Of a DNA stretch of 64,000 nucleotides, positions 1-10,153 are shown one piece after another. The DNA lies in the NCBI GenBank assembly GCA_963792535.1, contig CAWBWQ010000001.1, positions 384,001 to 448,000 of the forward strand, read 5' to 3'. The notes beneath the pieces are model-generated. The model worked only from the letters and a program-made list of their open reading frames with translations, did no database searches and had not been told where the DNA came from. Numbering within the stretch: position 1 is the first letter of the stretch; the number at the start of each line of letters is the position of its first letter. Made by a program: the position numbers and the translations under genes. This stretch comes from an uncultured Phycisphaerales bacterium (GTDB lineage Bacteria > Planctomycetota > Phycisphaerae > Tepidisphaerales > Tepidisphaeraceae).

Positions 1-1458
1 CAGGACACCGGGCGAATTTCTGGTTCGTTGAAAGCGGATCAGGACACCAGTTTTCAGGCCATGAGCGAACGGCTGGATCAGTTCGCGCACATCGTCGCGT
101 CCGATCAGGATGTGGATACGATCCTGGCTTTCAGTGGAGGCCGCGGCGCATTCAACCAGGCGAATATGTTCGGCACGCTGAAACAGATCGGCGTCCGCAA
201 GAACAGCGTGGACCAGGTCGCGGCGAACCTTCGCAAGGAAACCGCGCAGCTTCCAGGCGCGACACTGATCTTTCAGCCGGTGCAGGACATCCGCATCGGT
301 GGTCGCGGCGCAAGCGCGCAGTATCAATACACGCTGCAAGGCGACGATCTGACGGAACTGAACACCTGGGCTCCGAAGCTGGCGAGAAAGCTTAAGACGA
401 TGGCTTCTGCAGGCATTGTGGATGTGGACAGCGACCAGCAGATTGGCGGGCTTCAGGCCGATCTGAATATCGATCGCGCCACCGCCAAGCGGCTGGGCAT
501 CACGGCCGCTCAGATCGACCGAACGCTGTACGATGCGTTCGGCCAGGAACAGGTGTCGGTGATGTACACGCAGCTGAACCAGTATCACGTCGTGATGGAG
601 GTCAACAGCTCGTTTCTGCAGAATCCGGATAGTCTCAAGTATGTCTATGTGCAGGGAACCGGCGGGGTGCAGGTGCCTCTGTCGGCGTTTACCACGATGA
701 AGCAGGACAACACCCCGTTGTCGGTGAATCACACGGGGCAGTTTCCGTCGATCACCATTTCGTTCAACCTGCTGCCCGGTGTTTCGCTCGGCGACGCGGT
801 GACGGAGATTGAAAATGCAAGTCGGGATATTGGAATGCCGGCGGACATCCATGCAAAGTTTGCGGGCACCGCGCAGGCGTATCAGGATTCGCTGGGGAAC
901 ATGAAGCTGTTGATCGCGGCAGCAATTTTGACTGTCTACATCGTGCTGGGAGTGCTGTACGAAAGCCTGATTCACCCAGTTACGATTTTATCCACACTGC
1001 CCTCAGCGGGCGTGGGCGCTTTGCTGGCGCTGCTGGCGATGCGAACAGATCTGACGGTGATCGCGGATATCGGGATCATTCTGCTGATCGGCATCGTGAA
1101 GAAAAATGCGATCATGATGATCGACTTTGCGCTGGAGGCCGAGCGCACCCTGGGCAAGAGCCCCGAAGAGGCGATATTGCAGGCAGCCACGCTGCGATTT
1201 CGACCGATCACGATGACCACCATGGCGGCGCTGCTGGGCGGGCTGCCCCTGGCCATCGGCGGAGGTACCGGCAGCGAACTGCGTCAGCCGCTTGGCATCG
1301 CGATCGTGGGCGGGCTGATATTCAGCCAGATGCTTACGCTGTTCACCACACCGGTCATTTATCTGTACATGGACCGGCTTCGCTTCGGGCGGACTGCGAA
1401 AGTGAAGAATACGCGACCGGCATGGGCGGATGCACCGGCGTTGCCCGCCAGCGCGTGA
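1..1458 (+). CDS. RND efflux transporter permease (MdtB/MdtC-like), C-terminal part; starts before window
   Basis: AcrB-family motifs GIVKKNAIMMIDFAL, RFRPITMTT, GSELRQPLGIAIVGGL; multiple TM segments. Confidence 0.92.
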   Translation, partial: QDTGRISGSLKADQDTSFQAMSERLDQFAHIVASDQDVDTILAFSGGRGAFNQANMFGTLKQIGVRKNSVDQVAANLRKETAQLPGATLIFQPVQDIRIGGRGASAQYQYTLQGDDLTELNTWAPKLARKLKTMASAGIVDVDSDQQIGGLQADLNIDRATAKRLGITAAQIDRTLYDAFGQEQVSVMYTQLNQYHVVMEVNSSFLQNPDSLKYVYVQGTGGVQVPLSAFTTMKQDNTPLSVNHTGQFPSITISFNLLPGVSLGDAVTEIENASRDIGMPADIHAKFAGTAQAYQDSLGNMKLLIAAAILTVYIVLGVLYESLIHPVTILSTLPSAGVGALLALLAMRTDLTVIADIGIILLIGIVKKNAIMMIDFALEAERTLGKSPEEAILQAATLRFRPITMTTMAALLGGLPLAIGGGTGSELRQPLGIAIVGGLIFSQMLTLFTTPVIYLYMDRLRFGRTAKVKNTRPAWADAPALPASA

Positions 1459-1466
1459 GGACCGGA

Positions 1467-2507
1467 CTAGCGGGTTCGGTCGTTTGAAGGGTTTTCGTAA
1501 TAGTCGAAACTGGAGCCGAGGACTTCGAGCAGATCGGCGGTCACTGCGTTAAGTTCGGTGATGACGTGCGGCGGCAGCGGCTGCGCGATGGCAGCGACAT
1601 TGCGATTGAGGTGTTCGACGCTGCGCGATCCGCAGAGGGTGGTCGCGATGCCGGGCTGGCCGACAGCCCATTTCAGCGCGAGATCGGCGGTGGGAATGCC
1701 AAGCTCGCGGGCGATGCGGCGAATGCTTTGAAGGGCATCAGTGGTTTGCGCTTCTGCGCCGGGCAGACCATGGCGGCATTGGGGATTCTGGCGGCAGTCG
1801 AAGTGGCGCGTGCGCCGGTGCTGGGGCGGAATTTCATCGATGGTTGCATAGTCGCGGGCGAGAACGCCCTGCATGAGAGCCATGTATCCAATGACGGCGA
1901 TATCGTTTTTACCGCAGTAGGGGATCACTTCGTGTTCGATCGCGCGGGTAAGCAGGCTGTAGGGGAGTTGGTTGGCGGCGATCCGCGCGCCGGTGGCACG
2001 CGCTTCCTCTAACTTTGCCACGCCGAAATTCGCAACGCCGATGTGACGGATCTTTCCACTGCGCTGTAGGTCCTGGAGGGTTGTGAATGCGTCCGCGACG
2101 GAAGGCGTGGGGATCTCGGCGGCTGTGAAATGGCGGATCGAATGTGCGCTGATGGGCCAATGCAGCATGTAAAGATCGATATAATCCGTTCGCAATCGAC
2201 GCAGGCTGGCGTGGCAATGGGCCAGAAGCGCCGGTGGATCGGTGTGGTTCGGGCAGACCTTTGTTGCAATGAGAATGCGATCGCGCGGGAGACCTGCGAT
2301 TGCCTTGCCCAGTGATTCTTCGCTCGCGCCGTCGTTATAGGCTTCGGCGGTGTCGAAGAAGTTGCAGCCCAGATCGACGGCGCGGTGAACGACGCTGTCG
2401 ACGTCGGTCTGGTCGACGCCTCCCCAGTAGGAGCCGCCGCCAAAAGACCAGCAACCCATGCCCAATCTCGGCAGGCTAAGATTGTTTTCGCGAATCGTCT
2501 GCTGCAT
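1467..2507 (-). CDS. aldo/keto reductase
   Basis: LGMGCW, FFDTAEAY, IATK, LRRLRTDYIDLYMLHWP, GKIRHIGV; start set at MQQTIRE just after the SDR stop. Confidence 0.9.
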   Translation of the reverse strand: MQQTIRENNLSLPRLGMGCWSFGGGSYWGGVDQTDVDSVVHRAVDLGCNFFDTAEAYNDGASEESLGKAIAGLPRDRILIATKVCPNHTDPPALLAHCHASLRRLRTDYIDLYMLHWPISAHSIRHFTAAEIPTPSVADAFTTLQDLQRSGKIRHIGVANFGVAKLEEARATGARIAANQLPYSLLTRAIEHEVIPYCGKNDIAVIGYMALMQGVLARDYATIDEIPPQHRRTRHFDCRQNPQCRHGLPGAEAQTTDALQSIRRIARELGIPTADLALKWAVGQPGIATTLCGSRSVEHLNRNVAAIAQPLPPHVITELNAVTADLLEVLGSSFDYYENPSNDRTR

Positions 2508-2509
2508 CG

Positions 2510-3313
2510 CTATTTCTTTCTCGGCAACGCGCGGGTTGCACCCCCGGAGATTCCACCGTCGATGAGAAGCGTCTGGGCAGTCATATACCGACTCGCGTCG
2601 GAGGCGAGAAAGACAATGGCTCCGTCCAGGTCGTTTGGATGTCCGGGGCGTTTCAGGGGAATACGGTCGCAAAGATAGTCGAGCCATTGAGGGTCTTCGT
2701 ACATCGCTTGATTTTGAGCCGTTTTGAACCAGCCCGGAGCCAGGCAGTTGACGGTGATACCGTCGGATCCCCAATCGTCGGCCAGGCTCATTGTCAACTG
2801 CTTCACACCACCGCGACTGGCTCCGTAAGGTGCAAGGCCAGCGTAACCGGCAACGCAGGTGACCGAGCCGATATTGATGATCCGCCCGTATTTTCGAGAA
2901 ATCATGTGCCGGGCGACCGACTGAGAGACAAAGAATGTGCCGCGAAGGTTGGTGTCAAGGATAAGATTCCAGTCATCCCACGTTACTTCCAGCGCAGGTT
3001 TACGAACGTTGCAGCCGGCATTGTTGACCAGGATATCGATATGACCGAAGTGAGCGACGGCCGATTCGGTCATGTCCTGAATACTATGGGAGTCGCGGAC
3101 GTCCAGCGGCAGAGGCAGTACCTTTCGGCCCATCGCCTCGATCTCTTTTTGAAAATCGTGCAGCTTGGCGGGGTCGCGGCTCGTTATCACCAGATCGGCA
3201 CCGGCGCTGGCAAGTGCGCGGGCAAGGTATTGCCCAAGCCCCTGGCTGGTGCCGGTTACGATGGCGACTTTACCTGTCAGGTCGAATAGTTCGGTATTTA
3301 AGGATGCCTGCAT
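2510..3313 (-). CDS. SDR oxidoreductase (gluconate 5-dehydrogenase/KduD-like)
   Basis: TGTSQGLG, NNAG, YGASR, NCLAPGWFKT motifs. Confidence 0.9.
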   Translation of the reverse strand: MQASLNTELFDLTGKVAIVTGTSQGLGQYLARALASAGADLVITSRDPAKLHDFQKEIEAMGRKVLPLPLDVRDSHSIQDMTESAVAHFGHIDILVNNAGCNVRKPALEVTWDDWNLILDTNLRGTFFVSQSVARHMISRKYGRIINIGSVTCVAGYAGLAPYGASRGGVKQLTMSLADDWGSDGITVNCLAPGWFKTAQNQAMYEDPQWLDYLCDRIPLKRPGHPNDLDGAIVFLASDASRYMTAQTLLIDGGISGGATRALPRKK

Positions 3314-3322
3314 CGTAAAAAA

Positions 3323-4330
3323 TTACGGTTTGAGGATGACTTTCAGTAAGCCCGGCTCGGCCTGATACAGACGCTTGAACCAGGTGGCTCCATCGGACAG
3401 CAGGGCGACGGCACTGATCAACGGCTTCACATCCACCGCGCCGCTGGCGATCAACTCGAGGCACTGAGGATACTCCAATGCAGATGCGCAGGAACCAAAA
3501 ATCGAAAGCTCGCGCGTCACCACCAGTTGCAGCGGCCAATCAACCCTGGGCGACACATTCCCCACTAACGTTACCACGCCCCCTTTACGCACGGACCTGA
3601 TTGCCAGATCGATCGTGGCGGAAATGCCTACGACTTCAAAGGCAAAGTCGATATTCCCCTGCGGTGAAAAATCTCGCGAGTTGATGATTTCGGTGGCACC
3701 AAGCCGCGCGGCCAGAGCGAGCTTTTCATCCACCAGATCCACGGCAATGATTCGTCGACACCCGATAGCACGCAGCACCTGGATCTGCAGCAGCCCGATC
3801 ATTCCAGCTCCGACCACAATTGCAGTGTTGTCCGATCTGATGCCAGAGCGTTTGGCAGCATGAACCGCAATTGAAAGCGGTTCAACTAACGCGGCGTGCT
3901 CAAACGGCAGCGCGTCGGGCAGGCGATATAAAACATGCTGAGGCACGGCCACAAACTCGGCGAATGCGCCGTGCTGCCGATACTCCGGGCAAGACACGCC
4001 CAGCACGCGGCGGGCATCGCACAGATTGATTTGCCCCTGTCGGCAGAACTCGCACTGGTTGCAGTAGAGGGTGGAATCAAAGGTTACCCGGTCGCCCGGA
4101 TTCCACTCGACGACCGAAGTACCGATCCGGGCAATCACACCCGCGGCTTCGTGTCCCATGATGATCGGCGGAATGCGGCGGCCTGTGCGGCCGTCCATGC
4201 CATGCACATCGCTACCACAAATGCCACACGCTTTGACGCAGATCAGCACATGATCGGGCGCAAGATCAGGAATTGGCGTATCAACGAAGGCGAATTCACC
4301 AGGCGCGACGAGAACCAGCGCCTTCATCAT
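3323..4330 (-). CDS. Zn-dependent polyol dehydrogenase (sorbitol/galactitol-1-P DH-like)
   Basis: CGICGSD, GHE, CxxCxxC..C zinc sites, GAGMIG Rossmann motif. Confidence 0.9.
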   Translation of the reverse strand: MMKALVLVAPGEFAFVDTPIPDLAPDHVLICVKACGICGSDVHGMDGRTGRRIPPIIMGHEAAGVIARIGTSVVEWNPGDRVTFDSTLYCNQCEFCRQGQINLCDARRVLGVSCPEYRQHGAFAEFVAVPQHVLYRLPDALPFEHAALVEPLSIAVHAAKRSGIRSDNTAIVVGAGMIGLLQIQVLRAIGCRRIIAVDLVDEKLALAARLGATEIINSRDFSPQGNIDFAFEVVGISATIDLAIRSVRKGGVVTLVGNVSPRVDWPLQLVVTRELSIFGSCASALEYPQCLELIASGAVDVKPLISAVALLSDGATWFKRLYQAEPGLLKVILKP

Positions 4331-4416
4331 CGCTGCCGGCGCGGAAGGCGGGAGATTTAATGCAGATGTTTGCGTGTGAATCTCTCTGCTGGAGAAATAG
4401 TCATCACCGATGAGGC

Positions 4417-5970
4417 CTACTTGGGCAAAGCTGTTTCGTGCGGCAGGGCGTCGGCGAACTTGTCCCACTCCTGGGACTCCACTTTAAATGCATACGCCTG
4501 TTTGCAGGGCCGCTTTTGTGCATCCTGCAACTGCCGCGGCATTTCGACCACGAGCGAGTCGCCGTCCATATGCCAGTTCAAGTCCTGGTCGAGGCCAAGC
4601 ATGCGAATCACCGAGCCTGGCTTTGGTTTAATCATGGTGGAGCGAAGGGTTTCGCCGGGCCACTTCAAGCTGATGATGTAGACGTATTTTTTGTCCTTGG
4701 TTCGCGTAAAGCGAAGATCTTTGCCTTCGTGGTAACGGAGGTAAGGGCGAGTGGCGAAGATGGATTCGCCGTTGATGTTTAACCAGTCTCCGACATAGGA
4801 AACGCGGTCGATCATTTCCTGTTGCCATTTTCCATCAGGGCCGGGACCGAAACCAGCCTGAAAATTCCCGCCCTTGGCGACAATATCAATGAGGCTTTGC
4901 AGGATCCATTCCTGTGTCTTGAATGGCCCATCCTTGTGGTACGAAAAACCCCCGCCGCAGGCATAGATGACCTGCCAGGGGCGCTTGATGACATTAGGAT
5001 CTTCGGGGATGGTGGCTTCAGGTGTTTCATAGTCGCCGTAATCATCAATCCCGCGGTTGCGCAGCATGATGTTCGGTTGCAGTTGCCGAGCCATTTTCGC
5101 AACGCCGTTGGCATCATTCTGGGCTTCCTTGCACCAGTGCATGTCCAGGCAAAGCGTATCGATGGGGCCATACCAGGTGAGCAGTTCAGTGATTTGATCG
5201 CGTTCTTTCTGGATAAAGGCATCCCAGCGTTTGGGATCGTCGGATCGCTTTGTGAACGAACCGTCATACCAGAAATTGGGAACCCACTGGTTGTCCCAGC
5301 CGAAGTCCCAGTCGTGCCAGTCGATGTTCGAATAATAAAGGCTGACACCCAGCCCGTGCGAGCGACCCGCTTTGACCAGTTCACCGACAATATCCCGCTG
5401 AAAAGGCGTTTCGGCGATGCTGTAGTGATCGGTCACTTCTTCAAACGTACCATCTGGTTTCTTTTTGAAACCACGCTGAAGTGTTTTAGTCGGCCACATG
5501 CAGAAACCTTCGTGATGCTTGGTGGTGAAGGAGAAATACTTCATGTCCGCGCGCTGCATAATCCGCATCCACGCATCAGCATCAAAACCCGTGGGATTAA
5601 AGACCTGGTAGGTCGCATAATAATTTTTGAGCCATTCCTTGTCGTCCTTGTGATCCCTGATGATCCAGGATTCCCTCCCGTTCCACAGGGTATACAAACC
5701 CCAGTGGATGCGCAGGCCCCATTTCCAGTCCTGCCATCTTTCGACTGCTGCCTCGCCGGCATGCACGTAGTCCGGGTCTACCTTTCGATACGATTTATAT
5801 CGCGCCTGCAGTCGCTGTTCCTCGGCGGCATCGATCCGTGTTTGGGGAGTCGTCGGCAGTGTGGTGGGCTGCAACTCACCGGCATGAAGCCGCGGTGGAA
5901 GTCGATCAACCACGACGGCGGCAATAGCGATCATCAGCAAAATGCCCGTCGCGCGATGCGTTTTTTTCAT
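4417..5970 (-). CDS. alpha-L-fucosidase (GH29), secreted
   Basis: WGLRIHWG, TTKHHEGF, GDYETPE, WLNINGESIFATRP; signal peptide after MKKTHR. Confidence 0.9.
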   Translation of the reverse strand: MKKTHRATGILLMIAIAAVVVDRLPPRLHAGELQPTTLPTTPQTRIDAAEEQRLQARYKSYRKVDPDYVHAGEAAVERWQDWKWGLRIHWGLYTLWNGRESWIIRDHKDDKEWLKNYYATYQVFNPTGFDADAWMRIMQRADMKYFSFTTKHHEGFCMWPTKTLQRGFKKKPDGTFEEVTDHYSIAETPFQRDIVGELVKAGRSHGLGVSLYYSNIDWHDWDFGWDNQWVPNFWYDGSFTKRSDDPKRWDAFIQKERDQITELLTWYGPIDTLCLDMHWCKEAQNDANGVAKMARQLQPNIMLRNRGIDDYGDYETPEATIPEDPNVIKRPWQVIYACGGGFSYHKDGPFKTQEWILQSLIDIVAKGGNFQAGFGPGPDGKWQQEMIDRVSYVGDWLNINGESIFATRPYLRYHEGKDLRFTRTKDKKYVYIISLKWPGETLRSTMIKPKPGSVIRMLGLDQDLNWHMDGDSLVVEMPRQLQDAQKRPCKQAYAFKVESQEWDKFADALPHETALPK

Positions 5971-6043
5971 ATCCGTCTCTGGTTGACATGCGTGGCAGGA
6001 TTGCTGCCCGTGTCCGACATGAATTACATATCGCTTTTGTCGT

Positions 6044-6640
6044 TCAATGTTGAAGCGCCATTGCCAACTGCTTGATCGCCTGATGCACTTTCGGATTTGC
6101 CGCGATGGTAGAATGACTCGTGCCAGGTTCATTCAAAAGCGGATCGTTACGGATATCAATATTCTCGATGCGACCTTCTCCCGCCAATGGAACGCCGCGT
6201 AACCACGGGAAAATATCCCAGAATCCATCAGGCTCATAAAAATTGACGCACTGTTTGACGTTCCCGGGAACCGCCGCGGGAGTAACGGGATCAATTGTGA
6301 TGAGGAGATCGACCGGCCGGTGCATTTCGTTCAACCGCCGCGCGATCAGAATCACATCGTCCGCCCCGTAAGAGAAACCGATGAGAATCAGCCCCGAGCG
6401 CGGGTTGTTGTTCAGAACAGGCGGCAGACTTTCCCATTGGTCTTCTCGAAATACACAGGCGGTAATGTCCGCCGAGCGAAGTTCACCAGCCAACTGGTCC
6501 ACGCCGGTGGAATACCAGTCCCTATAGCCCCGGATCAGGCACGCGCGGGGCGGCGCTGATGCAGAAAAAGCCCGCAAGTCACCCGCGGGCAGCCGGGCGC
6601 AACCGCCTAATAAAATGCAAAGCAATAACAAGCGCCGCAT
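6044..6640 (-). CDS. lipoprotein with alpha/beta-hydrolase-like fold
   Basis: lipobox LGGC, GFSYG nucleophile elbow, LLITIDPV. Confidence 0.6.
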   Translation of the reverse strand: MRRLLLLCILLGGCARLPAGDLRAFSASAPPRACLIRGYRDWYSTGVDQLAGELRSADITACVFREDQWESLPPVLNNNPRSGLILIGFSYGADDVILIARRLNEMHRPVDLLITIDPVTPAAVPGNVKQCVNFYEPDGFWDIFPWLRGVPLAGEGRIENIDIRNDPLLNEPGTSHSTIAANPKVHQAIKQLAMALQH

Positions 6641-6716
6641 GCGGTGGAAGTCTACACGCAAGTGTTCCACACAGCTCTTTTGCTTGCTTCGCTGAAGAGA
6701 CCGCTATACTTATTTC

Positions 6717-7967
6717 ATGCGGCAGTGCTACGCCTTCCTTCCAATGTTGTTGTTGCTGTTCTCCGGGCTGGTGGCTTGTGGGGAAACTGGTTTGCCTCAG
6801 GGTCCGGTGCCCGGTGGGCTTGGGGTCAACATTCATTTCACGCGCGCCAAGGCCGGGGAGATGCAGTTACTGGCTGATTCAGGCGTGACCTGGATTCGCA
6901 TGGACATGGGCTGGGCCGGCATTGAAAAAGCCAAAGGGATCTACAACTTTTCCAGTTACGACTATCTTTTCAACGATCTGGATTCGCATCACATCCGTCC
7001 GCTTTTTGTTCTGGATTATGGGAATCCGCTTTACGAAAAGGACTCGCCGAGCACTGACGCCACGCGCGCTGCATTTGCGAGGTGGGCCGCTGCTTCGGTG
7101 AAGCATTTCGCGGGACGGGGCGCGATCTGGGAAATCTGGAACGAACCCGATGGCGCTTCCTGGAAACCCAGGACCGATTTAGCCGCTTACATCAAGCTGG
7201 CTGTTGCGGCCAACAAGGCGATTCACGCCGCGTGCCCGAAAGAAACCTGTATCGGTCCGGCGACGGCCAGTGTCGACTTTCCTTTTTGCGAACTCTGTTT
7301 CGACGCCGGTTGCCTGGAAGATTGGGCCGCCATTTCGGTGCATCCCTACCGACAGGGTGGACCGGAAACCGTCGCAACCGCTTACCAGAAACTCAATGAA
7401 CTGATCGCAAAACATGCCCCGCCGGGAAAGCAAATCCCCGTCATATCCGGGGAATGGGGATGGTCCTGCGCATGGAAAAAAATAACACCACAAATCCAGG
7501 CCGACTTTCTGGCAAGGCAATGGCTGATTAACCGCTGGCAGCACGTGCCCCTGTCAATCTATTACGACTGGCGTGACGACGGCACAGATCCCACCGATCA
7601 GGAACAAAACTTTGGGATGATCGACCATGACTATCATCCCAAACCGGCTTATCAGGCGGCCAAAACACTGACCGCGCAGCTCAATCAATTTACGTTCAAC
7701 CGGCGATTGCTGCTGGGCAAGCCGGAAGATTACGTGATGGTGTTCACCCGGGCGAAGGAAACCCGCCTGGTTGTATGGTCGGCAGCAAGGGACCCGGCTA
7801 CTGTTTCCATCTACGCCACGGCTGGAGAGTTTGAAATCGTGTCGGTAAGCGGTGAAAGAATTCCACCGGTGAAAGTGAGAGACGGTATGTTGAGCCTGAC
7901 GATAGGCAGTTCACCGATGTATTTGATCCCAAAGGCAGGGACGAAAGTGATCTATGGACCGAAATGA
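6717..7967 (+). CDS. secreted clan GH-A glycoside hydrolase (GH5/GH39-like)
   Basis: WEIWNEPD acid/base motif, ISVHPY, ISGEWG nucleophile; N-terminal signal. Confidence 0.8.
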   Translation: MRQCYAFLPMLLLLFSGLVACGETGLPQGPVPGGLGVNIHFTRAKAGEMQLLADSGVTWIRMDMGWAGIEKAKGIYNFSSYDYLFNDLDSHHIRPLFVLDYGNPLYEKDSPSTDATRAAFARWAAASVKHFAGRGAIWEIWNEPDGASWKPRTDLAAYIKLAVAANKAIHAACPKETCIGPATASVDFPFCELCFDAGCLEDWAAISVHPYRQGGPETVATAYQKLNELIAKHAPPGKQIPVISGEWGWSCAWKKITPQIQADFLARQWLINRWQHVPLSIYYDWRDDGTDPTDQEQNFGMIDHDYHPKPAYQAAKTLTAQLNQFTFNRRLLLGKPEDYVMVFTRAKETRLVVWSAARDPATVSIYATAGEFEIVSVSGERIPPVKVRDGMLSLTIGSSPMYLIPKAGTKVIYGPK

Positions 7968-8916
7968 ACTGAACCAGCGATTGCCCGCAGTGGTCGATGC
8001 GCTGGTGAACAGCGTGGTAAACGAACCGCGCATGAAGCACCTCAATCGTGTGTATCTCCCCAGCCGGGACGAGATTGTCCTGTGCATTTCGATGCTGCGC
8101 GAGCTGCTTTTCCCCGGTTACTTCGGCAAGCAGGGATTAACATCGGTCAACATCACCTACCGCATGGGGGAGCTGGTGACACAGCTGGCCGATAAGTTAT
8201 ATGAGCAGGTGCGGCATTGCCTGCGATATCGCCGGCAAATCCCCGGTGAGACCGATGCTGAAGACGCCTGCGCGGACTGCGATCACCAAGCGGCGGAGAT
8301 CATTTCTCAATTCCTGGACCTGATTCCCGCTGTGCGCGTCATGCTTTCAGGCGATGTACAGGCGGCGTTTGACAGCGATCCGGCCGCGCAGAGCACCGAC
8401 GAAACGGTATTCAGTTACCCGGGTTTGTATGCGATCAGCGTTCAGCGACTGGCGCACGAGTTTTTCAAACTTGATGTGCCCTTGCTGCCACGCATTATGA
8501 CGGAGCACGCGCATGCGATGACAGGCATTGATATCCATCCTGGCGCAAAACTGGGGCGTCATTTCTTCATCGACCACGGCACCGGCGTCGTCATCGGTGA
8601 GACCGTCGAGATCGGAGATCACGTCAAGGTTTATCAGGGCGTCACACTCGGCGCACTGGCCCCGGATTTTGGTCAGGCACTGCGCGGGCAAAAGCGGCAT
8701 CCCACGATCCAGGACAATGTGACAATTTACGCCGGGGCCACAATCCTTGGCGGCGAGACCGTGATCGGTTACGGCAGTGTGATCGGCGGAAACGTCTTCA
8801 TCACCCGCAGCGTGCCTCCGGAAAACCGCGTGAGCGCCGAACCGCCCAAGCTGAAATATCGCGACCGCAGCAAACGGACCGAGCAGACAGACGAGTTTCT
8901 GGATTTTCAGATTTGA
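7954..8916 (+). CDS. cysE: serine O-acetyltransferase
   Basis: DPAA, GIDIHPGA, FFIDHGTGVVIGET, YQGVTLGA, KRHPT. Confidence 0.92.
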   Translation: MDRNELNQRLPAVVDALVNSVVNEPRMKHLNRVYLPSRDEIVLCISMLRELLFPGYFGKQGLTSVNITYRMGELVTQLADKLYEQVRHCLRYRRQIPGETDAEDACADCDHQAAEIISQFLDLIPAVRVMLSGDVQAAFDSDPAAQSTDETVFSYPGLYAISVQRLAHEFFKLDVPLLPRIMTEHAHAMTGIDIHPGAKLGRHFFIDHGTGVVIGETVEIGDHVKVYQGVTLGALAPDFGQALRGQKRHPTIQDNVTIYAGATILGGETVIGYGSVIGGNVFITRSVPPENRVSAEPPKLKYRDRSKRTEQTDEFLDFQI

Positions 8917-9122
8917 TAGTCGACTGGTGTACGAACGCACTTACGCCGCAACGATGTTGCGCCGCCGCCACGCCCGTTGCCCTATAACCTCAACGGATGT
9001 TGTCTGAACGCAACATCCGGTTTAATCCCCCAAGGCGATCTGCCAGCAGGCTTATTTCCGACCCGCAAAAGGACAATCGCCGTATATCGGTTGCCTGGCA
9101 CCGGGTTTGTGAATGATTTTCC

Positions 9123-9440
9123 GTGCGCAACGCAATTTTAATCGCAGCAGTATTCATGATGACCGGATGTGCTTCGCAGCAACCAGCGATGCAAACAGTC
9201 ACCATTGCTCAGCAGCCCCAGTATGCCTGCGCGGCCATGGCATTCGATGCTCCGATAACATTGGATCAGCCGGCCATCGATGTTTCGCGGGCTGACCGCG
9301 GCCCGGCCGCGTTCGTTGGCTTCGAAGATATCAACACCAGCTATTACGATGTTGTGAATGACGACCGTCAGAGCACCGACCGCAGCGACCGGTTCATTCG
9401 CGAGTCGGTCACCGAGCGCATCGGCACAACCCGGCGGTGA
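9123..9440 (+). CDS. small hypothetical lipoprotein
   Basis: signal peptide ending MTGC. Confidence 0.55.
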   Translation: MRNAILIAAVFMMTGCASQQPAMQTVTIAQQPQYACAAMAFDAPITLDQPAIDVSRADRGPAAFVGFEDINTSYYDVVNDDRQSTDRSDRFIRESVTERIGTTRR

Positions 9441-9637
9441 CAGACGGGGGTCTGCGGGCGCTCACAAACCGGTTCGCGTCAGTTGCTCCAACCGTCCGAA
9501 TCCTCCGATTCACTATTGCGATTGTCCTGTCATGTTCTACGGCATGATTTGACCCCCGCCCGCATCCGCTTTAGACTAAATACGTTAACTACCGACGCTT
9601 ACCGGCTTAACGGCCTTATAGGGAAGTGGGATCGTGA

Positions 9638-10016
9638 ATGGCCACCGTCACTAAGAAGGAATTGATCGATCGCATCGCCGAATCTACAAACAGCCGTCGC
9701 GTGCAGGTGAAGCGCGTGATCCAGCAGTTTCTGGATGAGATCGTCATCGAACTGGGTAAGGGAAATCGCCTGGAATTTCGCGATTTCGGAGTCTTTGAAA
9801 GCAAGCTCCGCAAGGCGCAAAGCCCAGAACCCAAAGACTTTGCAGCCTGTAGCCGTACCTGAAAAACGAACCGTCAAATTCAAGGTCGGTCGTTTGATGA
9901 AGCAGCAGCTCGGGGATCTGACAGGCGCGCACATCGACGACGAAGCGGGTGACGTGGCTGAAATGGTCGCCGGTGCCGCCGACGAAGAGGACGACGATCA
10001 GGAAGAGAAAGAGTAA
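9638..10016 (+). CDS. HU/IHF family DNA-binding protein (frameshift near 9810)
   Basis: VTKKELID..LEFRDFGVF in one frame, AQNPKT..VPEKRTVKFKVG in the next. Confidence 0.9.
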
Positions 10017-10153
10017 TCGGGTCTCCACCGCGCCGGTTGAAGTGTAGCGGATCTGGGTGAAACCGCTCCGTCTCCGAGAGATTAGCCGCCGATGCCCGTG
10101 CCCCGTTGGTCCATTTTTCTAAGTCGGCGCGGATCATCCATCCCGTTGTCGAA

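Noticed and set aside
4822..6075. Long antisense ORFs (also 15464..16699, 42235..43320)
   Set aside because: Shadow frames of well-supported genes in GC-rich DNA
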